This document shows positions 44,873 to 54,327 of a DNA stretch of 64,000 nucleotides, in pieces. The notes beneath the pieces were generated by a model, which was not told where the DNA came from, made no database searches, and saw only the letters and a list, made by a program, of their open reading frames with translations. The DNA is from Poseidonia sp. (lineage in GTDB: Archaea > Thermoplasmatota > Poseidoniia > Poseidoniales > Poseidoniaceae): NCBI GenBank assembly GCA_030827475.1, contig JAUREJ010000006.1:4024-68023 (forward strand). The letters are read 5' to 3'. Within the stretch, counting starts at the first letter, position 1, and the number at the start of each line of letters is the position of its first letter. A program made the position numbers and the translations under genes.

Positions 44873-47800
44873 TTAGGGCTCCCATGTGGAAGGCTCAAAG
44901 AATTGCATCTCCCTGATTGCAGTATTAAACGTTGCATCTATTTCTCTTAACTGAGCTGCTCTTGCCTCAGGTGTATCAACTTGCAGGTCTGGTGCTCTGT
45001 ATGCCGTTGGTATATTGCCATTGTTTGTGAATATTGAATCAACATCAATAATTTTGCTTGTGTAGTTGATTCCCGCTCCAATTCGGCCTGAGAGGTTAAC
45101 TTGGCCCTGAAAGCCGTTTTGTACGGCTGATATTTTTTCGACCTGAACACATACGTTCTCAAATCGAGTCGAAGGTGACGTTAAGTCTGCCATGATGACG
45201 AAAATGGATCTTTTGTCAGATTCAGTAATGAGTGCCTGAAATATTTGAAAAACATTGTAGAGCGTTGCGTCGAACATGATGGAACATTGGATTTCGACAT
45301 CATCTACCCCAATTGAAGCAGTCAACTTGACGCTACGTAACTCATCACGATTATCGAATACGCTAGCGTCCATCTTCTGCTGGAATCCTTTGCTGCTGAT
45401 GGTGTTTGTATCCTCATGTATGAATTGTTCGATCGGGTCTTTCGTCTTATTTGCATTGTCAGGGCCTAAGTTTGAAGACATGAGCCGGATTTCAAATCCA
45501 AAAGATGTAGACAGCCTGATTGATTTTTGTGTTCTTAAATCAAAAGTACCGTGGGTTCGTAGGTTGAAATCTTCAGTCTCGCCAGCATCATTTTTCAAAC
45601 CGTCCCCATAACTTTCAAGATGTTCCATGATGCCAAGGGAAAAACCTATTCCGCCTTTAACTGCTATTTGGCCGCTCAATCCCCATCCAGATTTCCCTGT
45701 CGTATAGTCGTCCTCATAGTATGCCAAAATATCGATTTTACCACCTAAACTCGCTGCGAACTCCATTATTTTGGTGTTGAGAATTGGAAGATCAACATTA
45801 ATGGCGAAATCGACTTGTGCCTCAGTTTGGAAATTCAATCCACATCTCCAACGAGCACGAGAATCAGTTGCTGTTTGTGTGATCAGATCCGTTCCAGTGA
45901 ACAATTCGGCAGGGTATTGGCCAATGACTGACGACAGCATCAAGAAGGGAAAACATTCACATATTGCGTCTGTGTTTTGAAAAATGTATGCATTTGAATT
46001 GAATAACCTCGCGAAACCTTTGAAGGATGCGTTCGTGTTTTTGCCGACAGCAAACTTTGGCTTGGTTTTCCGATCATTTTTGGTTTTTGGAACATTATCA
46101 AATGACCAGGTTTGCGATCGTATCCCGTACTCAACGCCGCCTCCAAACAAAAATTGAGTTTCAACTTGGTATTTTCCGCCATCTAATTTTGTAATTGTAT
46201 ATTTGCATGTTGATGTGATGGCGTAAGTAAAGTACAAACTGACATCAACAAAGGCTTCAATTTGATTCCCTACCTTTGTGAGTTTTTCAAGATGTTTCTC
46301 AAGTTCTAATACCTTGACTAATTTCTCACCAATTGTCTCGTCCAATGGAAGGGTAGCATCATATTCTTGATCTCTACTCTTGGAGAATGCCGTCCAATCA
46401 GTCATGGTGGGTGCTCTTGCACTAAGGATACTGATTTCCACGTCGCCATTTGGAGAATGTGTGTTTTCATTCGTAACGATGCACATGTTTAATGTGAGAT
46501 AGAATTCACCGACAGAAACTTCTTTAATATTCGGTTGAGGCTTTGACAGGGCGTCACAACTTGAGTTGATTCTCAGATAAAGAACATCGCCCCCATGCAT
46601 TTCTACCTCGATATAAGAACGAGTCAAAAAATCCGGCTTGAAATTTCCTATGTAGGGGTGGGTCCTTCCGTCAGGGATGGAATTCGTCAGGTAATTTGGT
46701 GGGCCACGAACCGACATACGAACCGTCCAGCCTTGGCTGATGACGATTTTTGCAATCGAACCACCCCCATCGTGCTTGAGTGTCAATTTGTCGGGATCGT
46801 CGAAATGGTGATGGCCATGAATTTCGAACGTCGAAAATGGGTCATCAAATTTCACAATTTTTGCCTCTTCATTTGCTTGGTGACGTGTGTAGAGCGTCTG
46901 AATATTGGAGGTCGGGGGCACATGGAAATCGAGTTGATATCTGTTGATGGCATTCAACAAATCTTCATCAAAATCTCCATCCAAGGAGATGACATCATCC
47001 CCGATTTCATCGCAACAGATTTGCCGCAGTGCCTTGACACCTTGCTTCGTCCGATTGCAATACTTCCCCGTGACTTTTTCATTGAAGAGCCCGAATGATC
47101 GAAGGAGCAGTTGAATGGAGCTTACAATATCCGGATTGTTGAGATTAATTGTTGAAAATTCCTCTATATCTCGTTCAAATGCGTGGCCGTCAAACAATGT
47201 ATCGAGGGAGCCAAAAAAATGTTCTCGTGTGTCACTCGATAACAACCGGAGCTGCACCTTTGCCGTTGGGATTTGACCTTTCGTGTTTTTATCTCCCCCG
47301 AATGCTCCAATCAATGTCAAATCGTTATTCTCGAAGCTTGAAACAAAATCAACTTGAACAACCCGACCATTTGTGTTTTTGAAAAACACCAAATCTCCTA
47401 CTTCTGGTATGGCAACTTGGTCGAATTTTTCTGTCATTTTTGCTGAAGACATGTCCTTCCAGTTCAAATTAAACAACGAGTTTAGAACATAGAGGACAAA
47501 CCCTGAGCAATCGGTTCCAGGACCTCCTTCATTTTTTGGGGTGTTACCGCCCCAATAATACGGATCGTTAAGATATGTTTTTGCCTTTTCCACGATTTGT
47601 TGGCGGAAGTCGTGTTCTCTGTTGGCGAGTTGTGAGCTAGTTTGATTTCTATTGATGATATCTGCAATTTCTTGTGCGGTATGGGATTGGGGCGTTTTTG
47701 AGATACTATGGATTGAAATCAGCAAATGTTCATCCAAGGCTTTGGGTTGCTCAAGAATGGCCTCTCCATTTCGAATAATTCTACAATGAAATGCCTCACC

Positions 47801-48286
47801 CCTTTCCTCCATCCAACTACCGTCGATGTCGATATGAAACGTGTCGCCCCCTTTGAATTCAAATTCTGTGCAGCCGGGTGCCTGGCTGGCTTGGTTCTCA
47901 CTATGACGAATTCGAACTTGTTGTATTGAACGCTCAGTATATGACTCATTCTTGCACAACTGATGAAATTTTCCATCGCGTTGTGAGGTATTGATGTACA
48001 CGGGTTGAGGGTACTTCATTACTCGAACGCATAACCGTACAGTGTATCCGTTTTTGACAACCACCTTCAGATAACCAGATTTTCTTCCGACTGGCCAGTC
48101 TGAATCTTTAACCAAAATTTGTGAAGAGCCAATCATTGTGCCTCCATATTCAAGGTGTCCTTTGTCTTCAGTTGGTGCAAGAATAAGGCCTTTTGAGATG
48201 CACGTGGTGAAAGGTTGAAGAGGATCATCTTCACTTGATTTCAAGTAAAAATCCCACGATTTTACCTTGATTTTTTGTTCAGTCAT
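44873..48286 (-). CDS. Island gene 3: 1137-aa protein with NlpC/P60-like and peptidoglycan-binding-like domains, no signal peptide
   Basis: Start moved to ATG 48286, preceded by AAGGAGTGAGGAAA; this overlaps the 1557-aa gene by 8 nt. NlpC/P60 context: YLNDPYYWGGNTPKNEGGPGTDCSGFVLYV...GDLVFF. PG_binding_1-like segment: VSSIQLLLRSFGLFNEKVTGKYCNRTKQGVKALRQ. The remaining 800 aa or so are unassigned. Confidence 0.85.
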   Translation of the reverse strand: MTEQKIKVKSWDFYLKSSEDDPLQPFTTCISKGLILAPTEDKGHLEYGGTMIGSSQILVKDSDWPVGRKSGYLKVVVKNGYTVRLCVRVMKYPQPVYINTSQRDGKFHQLCKNESYTERSIQQVRIRHSENQASQAPGCTEFEFKGGDTFHIDIDGSWMEERGEAFHCRIIRNGEAILEQPKALDEHLLISIHSISKTPQSHTAQEIADIINRNQTSSQLANREHDFRQQIVEKAKTYLNDPYYWGGNTPKNEGGPGTDCSGFVLYVLNSLFNLNWKDMSSAKMTEKFDQVAIPEVGDLVFFKNTNGRVVQVDFVSSFENNDLTLIGAFGGDKNTKGQIPTAKVQLRLLSSDTREHFFGSLDTLFDGHAFERDIEEFSTINLNNPDIVSSIQLLLRSFGLFNEKVTGKYCNRTKQGVKALRQICCDEIGDDVISLDGDFDEDLLNAINRYQLDFHVPPTSNIQTLYTRHQANEEAKIVKFDDPFSTFEIHGHHHFDDPDKLTLKHDGGGSIAKIVISQGWTVRMSVRGPPNYLTNSIPDGRTHPYIGNFKPDFLTRSYIEVEMHGGDVLYLRINSSCDALSKPQPNIKEVSVGEFYLTLNMCIVTNENTHSPNGDVEISILSARAPTMTDWTAFSKSRDQEYDATLPLDETIGEKLVKVLELEKHLEKLTKVGNQIEAFVDVSLYFTYAITSTCKYTITKLDGGKYQVETQFLFGGGVEYGIRSQTWSFDNVPKTKNDRKTKPKFAVGKNTNASFKGFARLFNSNAYIFQNTDAICECFPFLMLSSVIGQYPAELFTGTDLITQTATDSRARWRCGLNFQTEAQVDFAINVDLPILNTKIMEFAASLGGKIDILAYYEDDYTTGKSGWGLSGQIAVKGGIGFSLGIMEHLESYGDGLKNDAGETEDFNLRTHGTFDLRTQKSIRLSTSFGFEIRLMSSNLGPDNANKTKDPIEQFIHEDTNTISSKGFQQKMDASVFDNRDELRSVKLTASIGVDDVEIQCSIMFDATLYNVFQIFQALITESDKRSIFVIMADLTSPSTRFENVCVQVEKISAVQNGFQGQVNLSGRIGAGINYTSKIIDVDSIFTNNGNIPTAYRAPDLQVDTPEARAAQLREIDATFNTAIREMQFFEPSTWEP
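46960..47135 (-). other. Peptidoglycan-binding (PG_binding_1-like) segment
   Basis: DIVSSIQLLLR back-translated at 47100..47131 and TKQGVKALRQ at 47021..47050. The match to the family pattern is loose. Confidence 0.4.
47290..47600 (-). other. NlpC/P60-like domain (Cys retained; Gln at the position where the catalytic His is expected)
   Basis: The Cys codon TGC of DCSGF is at 47509..47507. After GDLVFFKNTNGR the sequence reads VVQVDFV where HVGIY is canonical; the Gln codon is at 47356..47354. Confidence 0.55.
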
Positions 48287-51200
48287 TTTCCTCACTCCTT
48301 TGCATCTTTTTCATGATCTCGTCACTGAACATCAAATTCCCGAGTTGTTCAACAAATGCTTTGTTTTGAATGACCGTATCATTTGGTCCTGATTGAACAC
48401 CAGGTATCGAATGAGTGGATGGCGGTCCAACTGGGATGGCACCCAACAATCGAAGCAGATGCAAAAACAGATACATGTCATCTCCATTGGGAGCATCACG
48501 GACCGGTTGAGCATCAAGTGGTGAAGAGATTGTAACCACACCTGCAACCCTCTCTTCTACAGTATCTTCGCCTTCGGTATCCGTGAGGTAGGTTCCATTT
48601 TCATCTTGTTGCGTGTAATATTTCGCTGCCAGTCCGCCAATTGAGTGGCCGATGATGAACACCTTGCCTCCATTGGACTGTGAAATGTGCTCCACCATTA
48701 GTTTCACCTGTTGTGCTAACAATAGGTCGTATTTTTCCGAATTTTGAATCGAAAATGATGGTTTCAGTACATTTACTCGCTGCGGCTGAGCCAATTGATT
48801 GGCATGAGAAAGAATCGTTGTTTCGCTGAGTTGTGGCCAAGCGGAGAAATCAAACAATGGAGATGTCGTGACGTTAACATTCAACGTCTGATATAATGCC
48901 GTTGCGATGGTTTGACAATTTGACGGGTCAAGCCAGTATGGAACAATGAGAAGGACACTCAGGTCATCATGAGTATCTTGAAGGAGATTCAAAAATGAGG
49001 TGCATTCTTGAATGACCGATACGTCTTGAATAGTATCAAAATGATGAGAGACGGGCGACAAACTTTGTTGACGATTGGCCCATTCGTTCATTGGCTCGAG
49101 TTGGTTGATTTCATGAATCAATCCATCGGAATTTCGAAGATACAATTCAAGGCCACGTAGCGATTTCCGAATTTGCGCTACCGACATGTGTCCAATCGCA
49201 TGTTTTGCTCTCCGGTCGAATTGCTGGAGGTAGTGAATCATAAACGCAAGTGAGTGTTCCCAGCCAATAGGAAGTTGAGGGTGTTGGTGTGGAGTGAACG
49301 TTGATTGATACATTGAATTGACAATGGCTAGAATTTCTCCATTCAAATGCGAGAGTATTTCTTCAACATGTTGGCGCGGCAATCCATCAGGGTCGAGCCA
49401 AAATAGGAGTTCAAATTTAGGCCAGCCTTTTGGCTGGATCCCCATTGCCCAAGGGTCTTCATACGTTCCAGTTCCATCGACAGTCCACGGTATCTTTGGT
49501 AGCGCAAGACCAAATGGATTATTTGGTCGATGTTGCGTATCACGGTCAAAATCGAGTTCAAATTCAAAATCAAACTCGAAATCAAAATTCAACCATGAAC
49601 GTTCACGCTGAGGTTGTTGTCGATTCTTACCCCAGCCAATATCTGGTAATCTCAGGTCGGGCAGGCTGCCAGAGAACAAGCCAAATATCCAGCGTAATGC
49701 GGGGAAGGCGAAGGGTTCTCCACTCTTGGAAGAGGCCGAGAAAATGTGGCGAAGAAATATTCGTAGACTTTCAAAAGGATTATCAACGAACAGATCAAAA
49801 TCAAGTTCTGGCCAATCGAAGGGGAGAGAAAATGGTCCTAAACCGAATGAGTGTTCTGACATTCCATGGAATATTTTCCATCGTTCTGGCCAATCTGGTA
49901 AGCTAACATTTGGAAGCGTAAAATCGCCTCGGGTGAGGAATTGGCGAAGGTCCATATGAGGGAACGTTGAATCAAGGTTGAAAAATCCCCCAAGAAAAAA
50001 TCCAAGTCTTCCTCCCCGAATGGTTAGGAATTGACCAAGTAATATCTTGATTTGTGGAAGTTTCAAGAAATCACCAAGATTCCAGTTGGAAAACTGACCA
50101 CTCATGCTTGGGAATAATTGTTGGAATAACGACGACAAGTCAAACGACAGTCCATCAAAATCAATCGAACGAATCGTGAGTTGTGGGACGCTAAACAACG
50201 ATGCCAAGGAACCCGATGAGAGGCTAATCGAGGGTAATGATGGAAGGTTAAGATGTGAGCCGAGGTCAAGCGGCCACGGTATGGCGTCGAATGATAACTT
50301 CGGGAGCCATCCGCCATTTCCATCAGGTCGGTGATGCCAGCCTAAGTCGATACCTGAAAAAATGATAAACGAACCGTCGGGAAGCGTAAGTGAAATGCCA
50401 TCCCAAGAAAGACCCCGAAGAAGCGAAAAGTCAAACTCTGGCCCGACAAGTTGCGGTAATTGGATGAAGAATTGCTTCAAATCAGGCATCTGACCAGAGC
50501 ACTGCAAATCATCAATCGTCACATAATAGCCGTATGAAATCGATGGGAAACGGACCCATTCGAATCCAAGCGTGACCTCTTGGAGTGTCAAGGAAACGGA
50601 TGAGTAAGAAATTAAATTCATGGGTGGGTGCTCATTTTCAACCATTTTTCTCTTCATGGATGCTTCAAGATTGGCCCGTGTGGCCCATGATGCATCGGTC
50701 AGTTGTTGAGGTGGCAAGAAACAAGAGAACAGGATGAAGTAGATGCCGACATCCATTTCAAGTCGTCCTCCTATGTTGACATGTTCAAATCCGAAAAATG
50801 GTAGAATTGAAAGTTGGTCAGATTCTTCTTCGAATTCAAACTCAAGATTGAGCGGAACAACCGAATCTATAGGGGTGAATTGAAGTGTATGATGGTGCAG
50901 TGTTCCATCGGTTTCATATGATATTCCAGCGGCAATCTCCTCCCATTCACGAATTGGAAGGATGCTTTCACCTTTGGATAATTGGAAAAAGGAATGCAAG
51001 ATGTCTTGAACGGCCTCGGCGATAAAACTCCAAGCATGTGTGTTCGAAATGGCTGAACCTTCTGTACCCGGAACTGACGATATCCTAAACAGTTCACGAT
51101 GATATCGGCCTATGGATTGGAGTGGTTCAGTGATGTATTGCAGAAGTGTTGGCATGCTCACGAGATTACCGCCCTGATTGGTGCCTCCAACACGCAAATC

Positions 51201-52952
51201 AAGAGCACCACCTTCCCAAACATTCGATTGGAACGTCCCTCCTCGTGGTGAACACAATCCAAGGATTGCACCCAATCGTTGGAGTATTGGGTCGGTACTG
51301 AATGTTTGTGAAATGATACTTCGGAGCTGAATGAGAGCTTCTTCCAACGCTGCTTCAGCAAGTGAATCATTGAGAAGGTCAAATTCTGGAAACGATTGGT
51401 TTCCTAAGTTAAGGTCCACAAGCAAACAATATGGATGAAGCCCTGTGCCTTTGATGAAGTCAAGACCCATCAAAAAGGCACCCACCGAGCATTGACCGTT
51501 TAAACCATCAATGGCTGGCTGAAACAAGTTGGATGCATCAACGTTGAACAAAAACTCCGAGACGATTGGATTGATTGAAAACTCGAGGGAAATCTCAGGA
51601 GCAAAGTCAAATAAATTTGAGCCTTCGGATTTTAATCGAATGAGGTGGAAACGTAGGCCTAAATCTAATTCGACCGAGTTGATAGGTTTGGTAAGTTCGC
51701 AAAACATTCCAAAATTAAAACATGGAATGCCATCGCTTGAAGTATCATTCCAAAGGTCGAGATAAAGGGTAAAATTTGTTGTTGACATCCATTCTATTCG
51801 CCAAGGGTTGTCCCTTGTCATGTCAAGTTGATATCTGTCAAACCCAGAGAAATCTACATTCGTTACCGTACCAATAAAAAATTGTCGAATATGTCCGAGC
51901 CATCGGTACAAGTTTTCGGAATCTGTAACAATCTCAAAGATCCAATCTCGAATTGCATTGAGGGCATATTGTGGGCTACCAAGATTCATCATGATATCAA
52001 GCACCGGCAACGTTGGAAGTTCTAATCCTTCGACACTCGCTTCAAGCAATCCGAGGGCAGGGAAAAGATGTTGACGAAGCAGTTCATTTCCGATGGATGA
52101 AGAAAATGTTTGGAACAGTTGATTCCAATCAGGCATGAAACCTCCTGAGGGGGTAACAAGGTCTATACCCACATCCACTGGGGTGGTGTTCATCGATCCG
52201 CTGAATTCAACAAGCGTGAGGTCAACATCCGAACCAACTGGGGAAATTGCACAAGCGATGTCAATAGACTTACATTTTGCACTTCCTACTTGTTCATTCA
52301 CCAAAAGAAATTCCCCTTCGTGAGGGGAGAACGATGCTTGAATTGAGACAGAGCAAAGTTGCTGTGCATCTAAGGAATCTAAAGCGCCTGCGTCTTCTTT
52401 TTTGAGCATAACCATCGTGGAAATGTCAGTCGCACTGGAAATTGAGCCAAAAAGCGGGAGGCTTATTGCTAAATTGAGGCGAACATTTGTTTGACCGATT
52501 CTGAAGTTAAGAACTCTCAAACCTGCACCTATGACGAGTGACTGACAATGATGCCCATCAGCTAATTTCTCATCAAGTTCTGTTCTGTGCAAGGTGATAC
52601 ACGTTTCGACGACTGTTCCATCCGACCCTATGGGTGTTTCCATAATCTTGTACCAAGTTTCTTCAATCGAATTTAGAGAAAATTCTGCTGTTACGTGGCC
52701 ATCTGTACTTCGATACATTGGAAACGATTGAATGGTTGAATCGAGCATATCGAGAATTGTGAGTATAGCGGATGTTCGCTCATAACTTTTTGCAAAATCC
52801 ATTGCTTTTGAGAAATTCCATCCGTCCAAATCGAGATGCTGCCCTGTAGGGTCAAGGAGACCCAACGCTTCCAGGATTGGCAATATTGGTTCAGCAATAT
52901 CTTCAGCGAAATCAGTTAATCCGATTTGTACCGACGGACTAGACAACAGCAT
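48279..52952 (-). CDS. Island gene 2: 1557-aa giant protein with C-terminal alpha/beta-hydrolase (lipase / PGAP1-like) domain
   Basis: AAAGGAGGTGA lies directly upstream of ATG 52952. The start overlaps the CBS gene by 14 nt. The nucleophile elbow is VFIIGHSIGGLAAKYY, followed by VAGVVTISSPLDAQP. No signal peptide. The N-terminal 1,350 aa or so are unassigned. Confidence 0.85.
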   Translation of the reverse strand: MLLSSPSVQIGLTDFAEDIAEPILPILEALGLLDPTGQHLDLDGWNFSKAMDFAKSYERTSAILTILDMLDSTIQSFPMYRSTDGHVTAEFSLNSIEETWYKIMETPIGSDGTVVETCITLHRTELDEKLADGHHCQSLVIGAGLRVLNFRIGQTNVRLNLAISLPLFGSISSATDISTMVMLKKEDAGALDSLDAQQLCSVSIQASFSPHEGEFLLVNEQVGSAKCKSIDIACAISPVGSDVDLTLVEFSGSMNTTPVDVGIDLVTPSGGFMPDWNQLFQTFSSSIGNELLRQHLFPALGLLEASVEGLELPTLPVLDIMMNLGSPQYALNAIRDWIFEIVTDSENLYRWLGHIRQFFIGTVTNVDFSGFDRYQLDMTRDNPWRIEWMSTTNFTLYLDLWNDTSSDGIPCFNFGMFCELTKPINSVELDLGLRFHLIRLKSEGSNLFDFAPEISLEFSINPIVSEFLFNVDASNLFQPAIDGLNGQCSVGAFLMGLDFIKGTGLHPYCLLVDLNLGNQSFPEFDLLNDSLAEAALEEALIQLRSIISQTFSTDPILQRLGAILGLCSPRGGTFQSNVWEGGALDLRVGGTNQGGNLVSMPTLLQYITEPLQSIGRYHRELFRISSVPGTEGSAISNTHAWSFIAEAVQDILHSFFQLSKGESILPIREWEEIAAGISYETDGTLHHHTLQFTPIDSVVPLNLEFEFEEESDQLSILPFFGFEHVNIGGRLEMDVGIYFILFSCFLPPQQLTDASWATRANLEASMKRKMVENEHPPMNLISYSSVSLTLQEVTLGFEWVRFPSISYGYYVTIDDLQCSGQMPDLKQFFIQLPQLVGPEFDFSLLRGLSWDGISLTLPDGSFIIFSGIDLGWHHRPDGNGGWLPKLSFDAIPWPLDLGSHLNLPSLPSISLSSGSLASLFSVPQLTIRSIDFDGLSFDLSSLFQQLFPSMSGQFSNWNLGDFLKLPQIKILLGQFLTIRGGRLGFFLGGFFNLDSTFPHMDLRQFLTRGDFTLPNVSLPDWPERWKIFHGMSEHSFGLGPFSLPFDWPELDFDLFVDNPFESLRIFLRHIFSASSKSGEPFAFPALRWIFGLFSGSLPDLRLPDIGWGKNRQQPQRERSWLNFDFEFDFEFELDFDRDTQHRPNNPFGLALPKIPWTVDGTGTYEDPWAMGIQPKGWPKFELLFWLDPDGLPRQHVEEILSHLNGEILAIVNSMYQSTFTPHQHPQLPIGWEHSLAFMIHYLQQFDRRAKHAIGHMSVAQIRKSLRGLELYLRNSDGLIHEINQLEPMNEWANRQQSLSPVSHHFDTIQDVSVIQECTSFLNLLQDTHDDLSVLLIVPYWLDPSNCQTIATALYQTLNVNVTTSPLFDFSAWPQLSETTILSHANQLAQPQRVNVLKPSFSIQNSEKYDLLLAQQVKLMVEHISQSNGGKVFIIGHSIGGLAAKYYTQQDENGTYLTDTEGEDTVEERVAGVVTISSPLDAQPVRDAPNGDDMYLFLHLLRLLGAIPVGPPSTHSIPGVQSGPNDTVIQNKAFVEQLGNLMFSDEIMKKMQRSEEND
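48282..48960 (-). other. Alpha/beta-hydrolase domain coding segment (GHSIG nucleophile)
   Basis: The Ser codon TCA is at 48644..48642, from back-translation of FIIGHSIGGLAAKYY. Confidence 0.6.
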
Positions 52953-54291
52953 TCACCTCCTTTTGAGCCGGCGATGTTGGTTTTGTCACAAGGAGCCCAC
53001 GTTGGTTCACTGAAAATTCACCTGCAACTGTTCTACGGGGTGTTGAAGCATCGATCCATTCCAAAACATGTTCCCATGTTTTTTCGATAACAAGTTTACC
53101 CCAGACTTCTTGGATGATCTCGTGCGTCTCTAAATTTCGTTGAACTGCGGCACTCCTATTCGCATTCGATTCGGAATTACCCAAATCAAATTCAATGGTT
53201 ACAGGTTGTTTCCCACTTTGGTCGGTTTCGACAGGGAACTCTATGTAAATGACCTCGCCATCTTGCTTGACGATCAACTCGTTTGTGTGAACGATGATTT
53301 CTGAGCCAAGATGTGTCCATACAACAGGGCTCTCTTGTCCATTGGTGTACCTGCGGATGAGATGAGGTCCGAGTGAAGTAAATGTGCCATCATGCTCAAT
53401 TTCTTCGACGATGTGGCCGCTTAATTCACGGAAGTCGGTGGGGCTTAGAAATCCTACGAACATGTTATTCTGGTCAAGAACAATAACGCCATCTGGTTTC
53501 CTTTCCCGTATGGTGTCCAATGCAATATCAAGAGGAGTGTCTTCCCTTAATCTTAGAAGATTTGTTTTCATGTGTTTTTTTATTTTTTCTTTCCGACCAA
53601 GTTTACCCCCAGCGATGATTCGGAGAACATGTTGCACTGAGAGCACACCTTCAATGCCTTTCTTTGACCCCTGTGCAAGAACAAATTGAACCGATGGACG
53701 TCGCAAGAGCAAAGAGGCTGAATCAAGGGTATCATTCACACTTACAATTCGAAACTCATCTCGTAGGTCCACGGCCTCCCCAATGGTTTCAGGTGCAATA
53801 TTCTCCTTCTGTGTTGAGATGAGCATTTTTGATTTCATTTCTCGAAAGTCAGCAGCACTGATGTATCCTTCGAACGTGTCTTGGTCATTAATCACAAGAA
53901 CGGCATGAGGTTGCCTTTCCTGAATGATTTCAATCGCCTTGTCAAGTGGAGTATTGCTTCGTAATCGAAGAACTTCGGTTTGCATGACCGATGTCACAGG
54001 TGTTGAAACTGGGTCAGCACCTTCGGCGAGGTGGTGAAGCAAGATTTGCATTTTCAAGATACCAACGATTCCCCTCCCTTTTTTTCCTCGAACGAGTACT
54101 GCCGAATATTGCACGGGCGAGAGGGCTTTTGCTGCATCTGCTAGAACTGCGTTATATTCAAGAATCGCATACTCATCCCGGAGGTTCAATTCGCCGATAG
54201 TCGAGACCATGCAATCAACATACTTCCATACCTCGTGGAACTCAAATACTTTATTCAGTTGAATTTTCAAAATCAATTGACAGAGGTTCAT
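52939..54291 (-). CDS. Island gene 1: multi-CBS-domain protein (about four CBS motifs) with an unassigned C-terminal domain of about 150 aa
   Basis: Repeated CBS-like units are present (VTSVMQTEVLRLRSNTPLDKAIEIIQERQPHAVLVINDQDTFEGYISAADF; similar units up- and downstream). Start uncertain: ATG 54291 chosen, ATG 54210 is an alternative. The ORF-track start at 54444 would overlap the divergent gene. Confidence 0.65.
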   Translation of the reverse strand: MNLCQLILKIQLNKVFEFHEVWKYVDCMVSTIGELNLRDEYAILEYNAVLADAAKALSPVQYSAVLVRGKKGRGIVGILKMQILLHHLAEGADPVSTPVTSVMQTEVLRLRSNTPLDKAIEIIQERQPHAVLVINDQDTFEGYISAADFREMKSKMLISTQKENIAPETIGEAVDLRDEFRIVSVNDTLDSASLLLRRPSVQFVLAQGSKKGIEGVLSVQHVLRIIAGGKLGRKEKIKKHMKTNLLRLREDTPLDIALDTIRERKPDGVIVLDQNNMFVGFLSPTDFRELSGHIVEEIEHDGTFTSLGPHLIRRYTNGQESPVVWTHLGSEIIVHTNELIVKQDGEVIYIEFPVETDQSGKQPVTIEFDLGNSESNANRSAAVQRNLETHEIIQEVWGKLVIEKTWEHVLEWIDASTPRRTVAGEFSVNQRGLLVTKPTSPAQKEVNAVV

Positions 54292-54327
54292 GAAAAACAC
54301 TTTATCTAACCTGTCAACTTTCCAACC
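54211..54327. promoter_or_regulatory. AT-rich divergent intergenic region between the two CBS genes; candidate bidirectional promoter
   Basis: TTTATCTAA at 54301..54309 sits about 19-27 nt upstream of ATG 54328, which has no SD. This is consistent with an archaeal TATA box and a leaderless mRNA. AATAAAGTATTT lies on the other strand, upstream of the 54210 candidate start. Confidence 0.3.

Noticed and set aside
29348-52952. Island as a contractile injection system, T6SS, Tc-toxin or Rhs/YD-repeat locus
   Set aside because: I saw no sheath or tube-like small abundant proteins, no VgrG/PAAR-like motifs, no AAA+ ATPase, no YD/RHS repeats and no TcB/TcC-like signatures. Gene sizes and order do not fit these systems. 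The rejection is based on by-eye motif reading only.
38587-52952. Possible distant paralogy between the N-terminal regions of the 1557-aa and 2057-aa proteins
   Set aside because: I had only an impression of similar local patterns (for example GLRVLNFRIG against GVRFELNSIGG). I could not build a convincing alignment by eye. It needs HHalign or structure comparison before it can be claimed.
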